DNA of 64,000 nucleotides from Octopus sinensis. Its lineage: Eukaryota. The stretch is taken from contig NC_042999.1 in assembly GCF_006345805.1 (NCBI RefSeq), forward strand, positions 138,570,001 through 138,634,000. The letters run 5' to 3'. The notes below the pieces were generated by a model. That model ran no database searches. It saw nothing but the letters and a program-made list of their open reading frames with translations, and was not told where the DNA came from. A program made the position numbers and the translations under genes. Below, piece by piece: positions 49,452 to 61,815 of this stretch; positions within the stretch are counted from its first letter, which is position 1, and the number at the start of each line of letters is the position of its first letter.

Positions 49452-50120
49452 TCTTTACTGTTAATCAATTGGTTAAATATCTAACCAACTAATCGATTGT
49501 TTGTTTAATATGCAATTCTTGGAGTGAGAGAGGAAGTCACTAAGTCACACTGAAAGGGGCAATGAAAGAACTTTGACTAACAAATGACCAATTGATGGTT
49601 TAACTAGAACATTAAACAAATGACTGATTACTTAGTTGGTTACATATTTAACCAACTGACTAATAAGCCTTTCTACTATAGGCACAAGGCAGGGGGTTTA
49701 GGGAGAAGGGACCAGTCGATTACTTCGACCCCAGTACTTGACTGGTACTTAATTTATAAACCCTGAAAGGATGAAAGGCAAAGTCGACCTTGGCAGAATT
49801 TGAACTCAGAATGTAGTGGCAGACAAAATACCGCTAAGCATTTTGTCTGGTTTGTTAACGATTCTTATTTCTTTATTGCCCACAAAGGGCTAAACATAGA
49901 GGGGACAAAAAAGGACAGACAAACGGATTAAGTCGATGACATCGACCCCAGTGCGTAACTGATACTTAATTTATCGACCCTGAAAGGATGAAAGGCAAGG
50001 TCGACCTCAGCGGAATTTGAACTCAGAACGTAATGGCAGACGAAATACTGGTAAGCATTTTGCCCGGCGCACTAACGATTCTGCCAGCTTGCCACCTTAA
50101 CCAATTGACTAATAATAAAG
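49452..50120. mobile_element. MITE-like inverted-repeat element interrupted by a SINE dimer
   Basis: Left arm ~49452-49512 (aatcaattggttaaatatctaaccaactaatcgattgtttgtttaat) is inverted at ~49610-49666, with its end repeated at 50097-50120. Confidence 0.55.
49667..50096 (-). mobile_element. Head-to-tail dimer of the same two family-A SINE subtypes with 19-bp TSD
   Basis: ttaaccaa(c/t)tgactaataa at 49648-49666 and 50097-50115. Confidence 0.9.
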
Positions 50121-50769
50121 AGGTGCATGTGTTACTATTATTGGCATAATGACTCAAGACACAACAAAATACCACTTAAGTGTTTTAATTAATTTTAAGA
50201 ATAATCAAACATTTGGAGGAATTTAATAAAATAACTAACTTATAAAATAGTTATTTCAATTATTCTAGCAAATGGTTCTTTCATAAAATTTTGATATGGT
50301 TATGAACACTCTAAAATTGTGGGGGTTTTTTTTTTGTATCATAAAACCAGAGGTTGTTTGAGGCTGGCTGGTATCAGGAGGTTAATCACAGCAAAGTGGA
50401 TAGTACAAAAACAAAAGCTACTGTTCATAGAAAGAAAAGTTACTGTTTATAGAAAAGCTAATATCATATTTCAAGTTATTGGCTCTGAGTTTTACTTAAT
50501 AACCCTTAGGAGAAATAAGGTTTCTAATATTAATAATTATTATTCTAATACTGGGTTTTGATCTACAATGGAAAAACAAAAAAGAACATGTAATTAAATG
50601 AAAAGAAATATTTAGTCTTTTAACCTTGTAATATATTTAGCTAAGTAGCAAATTTATCTGGAAAAGATAAACCAATATTTTTCCACATCCCACACATCAA
50701 GAAATAAAATGGCTAGAAGGATAAGACTACAATAGATTATTTAGCTTCCAGATGTCATGATTCAGGAAT

Positions 50770-51125
50770 GGTAGAAATGTGAGAGAGAAGGCATGTGAGG
50801 TAGTGGGGAAAGGAGAAAGAGAAAACTAGTAAGAGAAGGGATATGATTAGAAGAAAAAGGAAGGGGAGAGAGAGAGGGGGTGATATAAGACAAGCTGAGT
50901 GTAAGAGAGATGGAAGATGAAAATATGTAAGAGAAGGGACGATAAGAATACTGTGAGGGAGAGAGAGTAATAGCAAAGAGCACAAAAGTATTAAAGAGCA
51001 ACTGATAGGAAATACAAGACAGGGAAATGCATGGAAGAAAAGAGTTGAATAAAGAAAGAGTGAGAGACAGAAAGATAGATAGGTGAGGGAGAAGAAGAGC
51101 AGAGAGAAAGAGAAAACCAAAAGAT
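50770..51125 (+). repeat. Purine-rich (G/A) low-complexity tract
   Basis: Strong strand skew; source of the spurious Leu/Ser/Phe-rich ORFs on the minus strand. Confidence 0.8.
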
Positions 51126-52521
51126 ATTGAAAGAGATAAGGGTAAATCAAAATGTGTGTAAAACCACCAAGAAAAGCAAGATGTAGGAAGAGGTATTAAA
51201 AGTGTTTAATAAAAGCAGTGCCTGTCTCAATGTGACAAGAATAGTTTCATATAAACAAGTTATCCTTTTGATAGCAACATACCTGAGATAGATTCTGGTT
51301 CAGATTTAAAATAAACCTTCACAATAATTTTATATAAAACCTTTTGTTAAACTATATTCCACAAACCAGTTTATGATAATGAAAAGGTTAATGTTTTGTT
51401 TTGTTTTTTAAAATCTTTCCAAATTCTTGATTATTTTCAAAATTAATTGACACATTATCAGGAAATCATTATAGTTTTGCTCAGTAATGAATTATTAAAA
51501 TGAAGGACAAATACATTATCCACTTAACCATGTTTTCACTTGGAGAAACATCCGGAAACACCTACACATATCCCAAATTTCAAGTAACTGACCTAGTCTG
51601 CATACAAATTCTACGAAATATTGTACTAGACACTGAATGAAAGAGATAACCCTAGCTATTTAGTCTTGCTCTGAAAATGTACAAGGTTAGGGAAAACTTT
51701 CACAACTACATGATCAGCAATCTCATGTTTTTATGAACTCTAGAACAGTTTTCATGGCAAAATTGAGTATGTTTACAAACACACAAAATAGGTTATTCTC
51801 TGTATTATATAGTGTGATGAACAATTAAATGCAGTCTCTTTTGGTCAAAGTAACACCAAATAGTAACATTTTTATAAGAGTCTTGGAATCAGAGTTCAGT
51901 TTTTTAATTCCATACTCTCACTGACATTGGCTTTGAACTAAAACAATCTTCATAATGACAATTTAGTATAGTTACACATAACAGACATCTTATACTGTTT
52001 TGGTATGATAATATATAATAAAACTTGGTGCCCTCTTGTTTAAAAAAAAACATTACATTATACAATTGAATGTTTATAAAACATTTGCAATCCACTCAGA
52101 TACACCAGCATTTCCCAACCAGGATTCCAAATGTATATCTCTAAATAGACATACATCTACAACACCATCCTAAAAACACAATCACAGGAAGTATAAAAAG
52201 AGCAATTGTCACACTGACCACTTTACCTCCTTCATTGTGATCATCCTTTATGCAGTTGCTCATTTGCTAAAAACAGCAGCTAAATCTCTCAAACTGTACC
52301 CAGCCATCTTTAAAAAAAAAAAGAAGATACACTGGACAATATAGTATAGATACACAAAAAGACAAGATGGTCACAACTGGAACACTTCAGATTGAAAGTC
52401 TTTGATCAAGGCTAATCTAGTGGCAAACAACAAGCAAAAATAGACTGGACAGTAGGGGAATACGTGTAATACTGCACTCCCTACAGCTATTGCATTATAA
52501 CATTATATATATATATATATA

Positions 52522-52851
52522 TTTCTTAAAGACTCCGCCGGTTACGACGACGAGGGTCCCAGCTGATACGATCAACGGAACAGCTTGCTCGTGAAATTAA
52601 CGTGCAAATGGCTGAGCATTCCACAGACACGTGTACCCTTAACGTAGTTCTCGGGGATAATCAGCGTGACACAGAGAGTGACAAGGCTGACCCTTTGAAA
52701 TACAAGTACAACTCATTTTTGCCAGCTGAGTGGACTGGAGCAACGTGAAATAAAGTGTCTTGCTCAAGGACACAACGCGTCGCCGGGAATCGAACTCACA
52801 ACCTTACGATCATGAGCCGAATGCCCTAACCACTAAGCCACGCGCCCTCAC
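52522..52851 (-). mobile_element. Young CpG-rich tRNA-derived SINE (family V-like) with intact A/B boxes
   Basis: A box TGGCTTAGTGG, B box GAGTTCGATTCC, then gtgtccttgagcaagacact core and a ~250-bp body; many CpGs retained; flanked by (TA)n. Confidence 0.9.
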
Positions 52852-55800
52852 ATATATATATATATATATATATATAGGCTGTGTGGTAAGTAGCTTGCTT
52901 ACCAACTACATGGTTCTGGGTTCAGTCCCACTGTGTGGCACCTTAGGCAAGCATCTTCTACTATAGTCTTGGGGTCTAGACCTATTCTGTGATAGCTATA
53001 GAATCATCATCATGGCTGACTGCTGACAGTGACATTTCAAGACTAAACAGAGAAGATAGAAATAAGTATATTGAAATAGAAGAAAAGGAAAACAAAATCA
53101 AAACTAAGAATAAGGACAAAAACTCGAAACAAAAAAAAAAAGCAGAGATATGAAACTGATACAGAAACTATTTAGAATGCCAGTTTTCATAAAACTAATT
53201 AATCACAATCACACCAGTCATCTATTTGTTAAATTTCTTATAGAAAATTGTAACTATACACTACTCTGGCTGTCACGCACATGCATGCATGTGTGTCATT
53301 ATTTAACATCAATGCTCCATGCTGGTATGGGTTAGATGGTCTGACAGAATCTGATGTGTCCAACAAATGCATTGTGCGCCACAGTTTGCTTTGGCATGGT
53401 TTCTGAGGCTGGACACTTCTTTACAGTATGCATTGAGTGCTATTTTTGTGCTACTAGCATGAAGCTCATATACTTTGTTGGCTGTGCCATGCCAAAGTGC
53501 ATGTACACAGTGCAAGTATGTTGAGAAAAATTGGGCATAAAAAGGAATTAGATAAAGTATGCAAGAGAGAATACTGTACTAATATAGTCATGTGATACCT
53601 ATGGATGAAGAAAGCTCCATAAAGGAGAGTCAATCACTTAACATATGTGAAGCTTATGGAAGGCTGTTCTCACGATGATGAGCTCCACAGAGATGACAAG
53701 ACTGAGATGATTGGAATTCACTGTGCTCCAGAGGACTGTCCATCATGACAAAATTGAGGTCTTAAAAGCATCAAATTTATAAACTCACTGAGCCTACCCC
53801 TTTGCCCAATGTATCCCTGTCAAGCTTTCTGAACATTTTACTTTCCTAACTAGAAAATTATTAAACTACTATAATCATATGAAAGCAGAACTACACATGT
53901 TTCATCCCCTTATGTGTGACCAGTGACCCCTCTCTCTGAAACCACTTCCTTTAAACATCCATACCTAATCCCTTTAGCATATCATTCTGTACCATTATTT
54001 AGCTTTCCCTATTCCCTTAACTAAATCAAGATCACGACTGTCATATCTCATCTTTAATACTTTCTTGTATCCGCTATCATTCTTAAAACCCTTGCATATC
54101 AGCATCAATGCCCCTCTCCCAACTTTGTCCACCACTCACTGTATCCACCCCTATGTAACTCTATCCTCCATCTCTGTCACTGTACATCTCTCCTTTCACC
54201 ATTCTACTCCATGCATTTCTTATCTATCTACAGGTTTATTATACTGCTGCTCTCTACCACTTCTATACTTTCACTTACCACTTCCTCATTCTTGAGCCAC
54301 TCTTACTTCTTTCATATACTCCTCCCCCAAATTTATATTTACCATTGACCACACCTATGCCCTTATAATATCATTCACTACATTCACTCCACCCACTCTT
54401 CCCCATCCCCGTCCATATCCTTTCTTATACACAACTTCCACCTTCTTGTATCTTGAGACAATACCCTGAGATCTCATCACTGTCTTTATCTCTTTCCAGC
54501 TATTCCCACTCACCCTTATATAATGCAGAATAATCGTGTATCTTCTCTACATCAAGACACTTATTTCTGTCCCTATATTGAACTTTCACCTCTCAACACC
54601 TGGCTTAAAACTACCTCCCTCTCTACAACACCCCCACTCTATTGAAGGTGGTGGTGGTGGGGGGGGGGACTTCTAGGTCTTGCTGGTTACTTGCTTACCT
54701 CACAAGTGCTATGCAGAAAGCATCCAAAGCACTCTGTAAAGCAGTTGATGTTAGGAAGGGCATTCAGCTGCAGAAACTATGTCAAAGCAGATATTGAAGC
54801 TCAATGCAGTCCTCTGGCTCATCAGATCCTAACTATTCAACTCAAGCCAGCCTGAAAGACAGATGTTAAATGATGGTGATATTTAGAGTGTATGTGTGTG
54901 TGTGTGTGTGTGTACGTGTGTGTGCACGTGTGCGTGCATGCATGTTTGGATGACTTCCATGAAAATTCAGAACAAAGCATCCTCCTCAAAGGCACAATGC
55001 AATTACCACACCCAGATCAAGAAATTAATCTTGTAACTCCTAATACCCTACCCTAGTCATAAATCCTCAAATTTGCTACAAATAGCAAATTTCACATTCT
55101 CTTCTGGTGATCTTTCATTGTCTCCTCATATCTACAACTTTATCAAAACCACCTCTCAAAGATAGGGCTTCCTCTTCAGAGGCAAAAATGTCAAGTGCAA
55201 CCCACATTAATTACTGTTCGCATATCTAAACAACTCAAAAAAATAAAAGGTCATCTGGCTAATTGGCAAATTTTACTCACCAATACACAGCAACTACTTG
55301 ACCACTAACACACTTTCTCTTTTTATTATCATTTTCATCTGTAACTATAATGGCTTCAGTTACTCTGGACTAGCATAACACCATCGCCCCCAAAATACAC
55401 CCACTTCTCCACTGTGTAGCCACCAAACCAAATACTAAACAAATTTTCCCAATTCTTTCTACACAGAACATTAGCCTTCTCAAATTCCCTTCCTGCCCAT
55501 ATCTTCCTGACAAGTGTCAATTTACCTAATTCAAGTTGAACACCATTGACATCAACCTCTGCTGGACAATCTGCACAGGTCATGAACACTGTTTCTCTTC
55601 CTCCTACACAATTAGAACACAGCTAACTATAAACTCTCACCAGGCATCACTTCTTCAAGGCAAAATGTTAAATAAAACCAAAGAAAAAAAATGTATTTTT
55701 ACAGTATAAAGAGATAATCTTCTATGTCTATAAAAGGACCAACTGATTTAATGTTTAATAATTTGTATATGATCAGAATAGAAAAAAAAAATTAGTAAAC

Positions 55801-56929
55801 AATGCAGAAAAACGACAATTGTTATACATGATGGCAAGCCCTTTACTTACCTTCACTTCTCTTCTCTATTCTAAAAATTGTTATCTTTTTAACTTGTCAC
55901 AAGTTCAATTTCCATGCAGATGGAGATAGACAGTCCACTGAAATGACTCTTAGATTATTATTGTTCTTATCCTTATTTTATTATTTTAGCACCCAAGAAG
56001 GATCAAAGTCAAGACTGATCTGATGGAATGTCTTTTAAATAGTAAGCTATTTTCTTTCTATAAGAATTGTCTAGCTTCATAAAATGTTTAATTTAGCTTA
56101 ATTTATTTACATCAGATATTACTATGCTAATGATTCCAAATAGCAATGAAATGAGATTGTACATGGCTACCAAAGACAGGGGATTTTAAGACCTGATAGA
56201 GTTTAGGAAAAAGAAATATTAAATGTGTATACTCTGTGCATCTTCTTTACTCTGATTTAAAATTTAAACTTCCAATCCAGTCTAACTTAATTAATCTAGA
56301 GGGGTTTGTCTTCCCTATGCTAGCTAACTACCAGGAGCAGAGACAAAAAATTACACAATACAATGTAATATATTCCAGTTCCTGACTACTTCAAAGCTTC
56401 AGATTTCATATCATGAGAAAATATATCTGATCACACCTTTTACAAATTCGTGACTAGGTGTATTCACAGGAGGAGACAGGCAATAAAAACAAACACAGAC
56501 CTTGAAAGAATCAGCTGACAAATTGCTCATTTGTATGAATCATTGGATTAGACCAGAAAGTGTGTTATTTTTTTTTGGCTTATTTTAACTTGACTTATCT
56601 GACATGTTTAATAGTTGTCACTAAACTATGAAACCTAAGTAGTTGTATATTATTCAACCACATAGACTTTTTTTTTTAGTTAGCAAAATGTCTCAAGCAA
56701 ATAAAATCAAACATCTAGTTCAGTAACAATATAATTTCTAAAGCAGAAAAAAAAAATCAAATTGCTCAACTGTGTGTTTCTCAGTAGGACAATTTGGTTT
56801 TGTCAAGTATGAGATTAAAATTTGAATGAGGGATGGACTATAATCAATCAAATTAATTCTGAAATGGCATTAATTTAATCCAGTGAAAAAACAGGAATGG
56901 TAACAACAGGGCCAGACATGCATGGCTGC

Positions 56930-57272
56930 AATCTCACTTTAGTTTCCAGGTCTTCTCAATCACAGCATTATCTCCAAAGGCCCTGGTCTCCTGACATAGC
57001 CTCTGTGAAGCCCAATGATCGAAGGTCATGCTCCACTACCTCATCCCATGTCTTCCTGGGCCTACCTCTTCCACAGGTTCCTTCTAGTGTTAGGAAGTGG
57101 CACCTCCTCACACAGCTGTCCTCATTCATATGTAACACATGACCATACCAGCACAGACGCCTCTCTTGCACACAACATTTGATATTTCTTATGCCCAACT
57201 TTTCTCTCAGGGCACTTACATTCTGTCGTGTATGCACACTGACATAACACATCCAGCAGATCTTCCTAGCTT
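56930..57272 (-). mobile_element. RTE-clade LINE 3' coding fragment
   Basis: RRLCWYGHVLHM...GRGRPRKTWDEVVEHDLRSLG (RTE C-terminal pattern). Confidence 0.88.
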
Positions 57273-57274
57273 CC

Positions 57275-57494
57275 GGAATCCTTTCTACTATAGACACAAG
57301 GCCTGAAATTTAGGGGAGGGTACTAGTTGATTATATCAACCCCAGTATTTCACTGGTACTTAATTTATTGAGCCCGAAAGGGATAAACGGCAAAGTTGGC
57401 CCTGGTAGCATTTGAACCCAGGACATACAGATGGACAAAATGCCACTAAGCATTTTTCCTCAGTGTGCTAATGATTCTGCCAGGTCACCGCCCT
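57275..57494 (-). mobile_element. tRNA-derived SINE family A abutting the RTE fragment
   Basis: Co-linear with the other family-A copies. Confidence 0.85.
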
Positions 57495-58399
57495 AATAAT
57501 AATAGTATAGGTAATACTTATAGCTAAGAGTTCATATTCAGGTTTTAGTTGTTTATAACACAGTCATAGATAGGGCACATATAATAAACCTAGATAATAA
57601 ACTTTAGAGAATTTAATCCAGTTGTGTTTCTACTGTAGCACTTATTACACACACTCACAAAATTCACATTCACTCTATCTAGTCAAATGGAAATTATTAT
57701 TACTGCAATTCAACCAAAACTTTAGAAAACGCTTTTTTCAACAAAAAAAAGTTTCTAAAGGATATCTCAAATTTCTCATTTTTTTTAAATCCTAAGACAA
57801 GCCTAATCTTACAGTATTAATGGGAGGACTGTGGCAACAGCACAGAAGAAATGATGTTTGACCAACAGATTGTGTCTCAAATGCTGAAAAGCTTTTTCTG
57901 TAGGATAGGCTTCCTCGAGAGAATGGTTTGTATTGATAACAATCTGGAAGCTATCAAACTTGCTACCAATACAACTACGAAAGTAAACAAAAATTCATTC
58001 CTCAAATTTGCAATTTGAAATTATATTAATTCTACTTTATCCTCTTTTTTAAAATTTGAATGGTAATCATATTTTTATTCATTTATTTAAAATCTCAAGA
58101 GAAATTAAGATCTTAAATTTATATATTATGCTGGGAAGTAAGAAGAGAGTATCATCATCATCATCATCATTTTACTGTCCATTTTTTGATTCTGCAATTG
58201 GTTAGATGGAGTTTTTTGAGGCAGATACTCTATGGCCACATGTCCCTCCTATTGCCAATCCTCACCTGTTTCCAAGTAAAGTAATACTTTCTGATAGCCA
58301 GAATTGTTTTTGCAGAATATTGGAAATGAATAACACCGATTGTACAACAATGACACTCATTTCCAATTATCACAATGTCAAGACAAGGAAAAACAAATA

Positions 58400-59200
58400 C
58401 ATACAAGGTGTTTGGACTAAATTTGATGATTTTTTTTTATGTCTCCTTTTTGCCAGGAGCAGTCAACAGCATTGGAGAGCAGAAAAATTAAAGTTGTGGT
58501 TGAGAAAAAATTAACTGACATGGAAGGGTGGAAGCTATCTGAATATTGAAAAAGAGCTACCTCTAACATAATGATTCATGTTGTGCATCAAAATGATGAC
58601 ATCATAACTGCTGTTCAATGCTCTGTGAACACTGTAAAAGCTGTAAGATGTTGAATAGACTGCTGCAACTGAGACTATGAAGGAAGGAAGCCAGTAGCCA
58701 TTCTGGCTACATCTGCATGCTGGAATTTATCCTCAGATCTTTGAGTAGGACCTTAGGCTCAATTCAGATGTCTATGTGAAGCTGCCTGAGACTGATCAAT
58801 CCCTGACTGGAAAGGATTGCTGCTTGAATCCTGCCATATGTGTGGTGGCAGGATTGCAGCTCCTTGACATATCTCCAGAAAATGTCATAAGTAGTTGTCC
58901 AAAAATTTCCATAACTTCATCAGCTTCAGTTTCTGGCTATCTAATTCCTCTGATTGCCTACCCATGGGATTACTATGTGTGGTGTAAGACTGAGAAAGAA
59001 ACCAACTGCTCTGCCTGCAACACCAAGGTCAAGCTGACCCAGATCAAGGAGGTGTTCGAAAATCTTCCCAGGGACACAGTGAGGAATGCAATGCATCAGA
59101 TTCTGGAGCTATCATGAGGTTGTGGTGGAAGGCGAGTGTGGTTACTTTAAGCAAACTGTTATCTCCCAGTCACACTCTAGTTAATATTTTTTTGATTTTT
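58400..59200 (+). mobile_element. Decayed, internally deleted Tc1/mariner element of DD37D (maT-like) type
   Basis: N-terminal MEGWKLSE.. at ~58520 jumps to a catalytic C-terminus WQD...NSSDCLPMDYYVW (37 residues between the Ds after allowing two 1-nt indels) and ...EVFENLPRDTVRNA. Right TIR not found. Confidence 0.7.
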
Positions 59201-59415
59201 TAAAAATACTTCTATTTAGGAAGACAACTTTTCTCACACTAATGTCACCACAGGCAACACCCAACTCAACAAGAATGATCATTAAAATTCATAACCTTAG
59301 TTATAATTGCATAAAAATAAACTGAGCAGAAATGACACATGGAAATATGTTTTTCATTTCAACACATGACATGGCAAAATAAATAAAATCCATGATGATA
59401 ATGATAAGAAATATA

Positions 59416-59830
59416 TAATGGGTCATGCCATAAATAATGCAGTTTTTTATATGCTTTTATTTTTCAAAATTAAGATAAAGTTCTTTTTTAATCTTTTTTA
59501 TACTTTCCTTCATTTTCTACAATGCTCTTACATCTATCTAGTAGACTTGCAAGGCCCCTCTTCCAAAATTCAATTATCTGTGATGAAAAATACTTCTCCA
59601 GTACTGTTCTAACCTTGTCTACAGAATTCATATTTTTTCTGTCCAAATGATTTTGAAAAAATAACTTTTAAAATTGAACTGCACTCTTCAAAGCTTGCAC
59701 TAAGAATAAAGACAAGATGAAATTACAATCTGCTTTTATAGTAAGTTGATGCAGGTAGTTTATACTGTCCTCCTCCAACTTTTAGTTCAAGCAATTGAAA
59801 AAACTGCATTATTTATGGGATGATCCAATG
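59416..59830 (-). mobile_element. Internally deleted non-autonomous derivative of the same mariner family
   Basis: 59650-59829 is the reverse complement of the 3550-3722 left end. 59416-59648 is the reverse complement of the 4580-4820 right end. Both TIRs are present. Confidence 0.88.
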
Positions 59831-61347
59831 ATATATAACTAATGTTTTTAATTCATAACTTTGTAGCAATAAAGTGTACCAATAATTGTTAATATAAAAT
59901 AAAAAGATTTTTTTTCGAAAATAGTTTCTTCAAAGATGATAGGGTTACATAACAAGAATACATTTGATCATAGAAGAACTTGATCAGAGCTGGTTTAGAA
60001 ATAAAACAGTAGACATGTTTGTTTATATTTCTAAACTGAATCCAAGCCGATGGCAATCAACTTCAGATTGTTAATTTTAATCATTAATCTTAGTTCACAT
60101 AAAAGTCTTATGTAGTTCCATTTCACATTTACTGAAGTCTTGAAAAATGGCATCAATTAGCATTACTATCAACATGACATACGGCGGTGCATCAGCATGG
60201 CCGCAGCTCTGAGCTGAAACTAGAAAAAAAAAAAAATACATATTGTTTTTATGTCTAGTTTGCCATGGTTGCATGGATCAGACAGAGGAGGCAGATTTTC
60301 TATGGCTGGACAGCCTTCCTGTTGCCAACTTTTACCTGTTTCCAAGGAAGGGAATATTTCCCTATGGATGACATGTTTTTTGCAGAATAATAGAAATGAA
60401 TGACATTGCTTGTATGACAATGACACTCATTTACAAGTATCAAGTCAAAACAAGAAGACACAAATACACACGCACATACATGCACAACTGGTTCAGTTTC
60501 TGTTTACTAAACCCACTCACAACATTTTGGCTGCCAAAACCCTCAGTCAAACCGTCCAACCCATGCCAGCATGGAAAGCAGACATTAAACTTTGACGACG
60601 ATGATGATGATAGGTACAAGAAGGAGGGAGTTAGTTGATTAAATCATCCCAGTACTTAACACTAACATTTTGAGAAAGTGCTACACAGTGGGACTAAGCC
60701 TGAAGCCATGTAATTTGGAAGCAAACTTCTTAACCACGCAGCCACATACAGACATTTTTACATACATCACACAGTTACACACACACCAAAACAGTTCTAT
60801 GTAGACAAACAAGGAGATCAAGAAAGCATTTAAAAATAATTGAAAGAAAATTAATTGAACAAATATATTTGGGTTCTTTTTCTAAATGGAAAGCTATCTT
60901 GCATATTTTATATACATATATATCTAACATATACATACTTACTTATGCGTGTAGGTATGTATGGATATATATATATAAACGTATACATATATCATCATCA
61001 TCGTTTAACGTCCGTTTTCCATGCTAGCATGGGTTGGACGAAAGTCGGATGAAGAATTGCATAAATACATACAGACAAATCAAAAAGTCTGAAGCTGATG
61101 AGATGACAGTTCACAATAATCTAAAGGGGAAGTCCTCAAATCCAAAATACAAATGAATCTTACGACCGTTTCCAGGAATGTGCAAAGAAGTGTGTGGGTA
61201 AATCCTTTTCAGCTTCAGTAATGCACATTTCCTTCATCTGAGAATATACACGGATTCAGAATTTTAAATAAAATCATAAAATTATTCATGATACTGTAAG
61301 AATATGTTTAAGCTGACATAAGTATTTTTCTACTTTAAAATTTTTCT

Positions 61348-61534
61348 CAATATAGGCACAGGAGTAGCTGTGTGGTAAGTAGCTTGCTTACCAACCATAC
61401 GGTTCTGGGTTCAGTCCTATTATGTGGCACCTTGGGCAAGTGTCTTCTACTATAGCCGCAGGCCAACTTAAGCCTTGTGAGTGGATTTGGTAGATGGAAA
61501 CTGAAAGTAGCCTGTCATATATATGTATATATAT

Positions 61535-61565
<31 letters not shown>

Positions 61566-61797
61566 GTATGTGGTGTGTGTGTGTGTATATATGTTTGTGT
61601 GTCTGGGAATGTCCCTCAACATTTCTTGACAACTGATGCTGGTGCGTTTACGTCCCCCATAACTTAGCAGTTCAGCAAAAGAAACTGATAGAATAAGTAC
61701 TAGGCTTACAAAGAATAAGTCCTGGGGTCGATTTGCTCGACTAAAGGTCGTGGTTCCAGCAAGGCCACAGTCAAATGACTGAAACAAGTAAAAGAGA
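61348..61797 (+). mobile_element. Composite SINE family B: tRNA-like head + ggcaccttgggcaagtgtcttct core + (TA/TG)n + body ending cagtcaaatgactgaaacaagtaaaaga
   Basis: The same head occurs at ~2105-2235, 12950-13135, 13300-13450, 20065-20215, 20700-20830, 23405-23600, 41700-41850, 52868-52975. The same body occurs at 43222-43436 (minus). Confidence 0.85.
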
Positions 61798-61815
61798 GTA
61801 TAATAATTATTTAAT

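Noticed and set aside
50755-51150. Hydrophobic membrane-protein-like ORFs
   Set aside because: Translation of the complement of a G/A low-complexity tract.
52775-52851. tRNA gene
   Set aside because: A and B boxes are present but there is no closing acceptor stem, and it runs straight into a SINE core and body.
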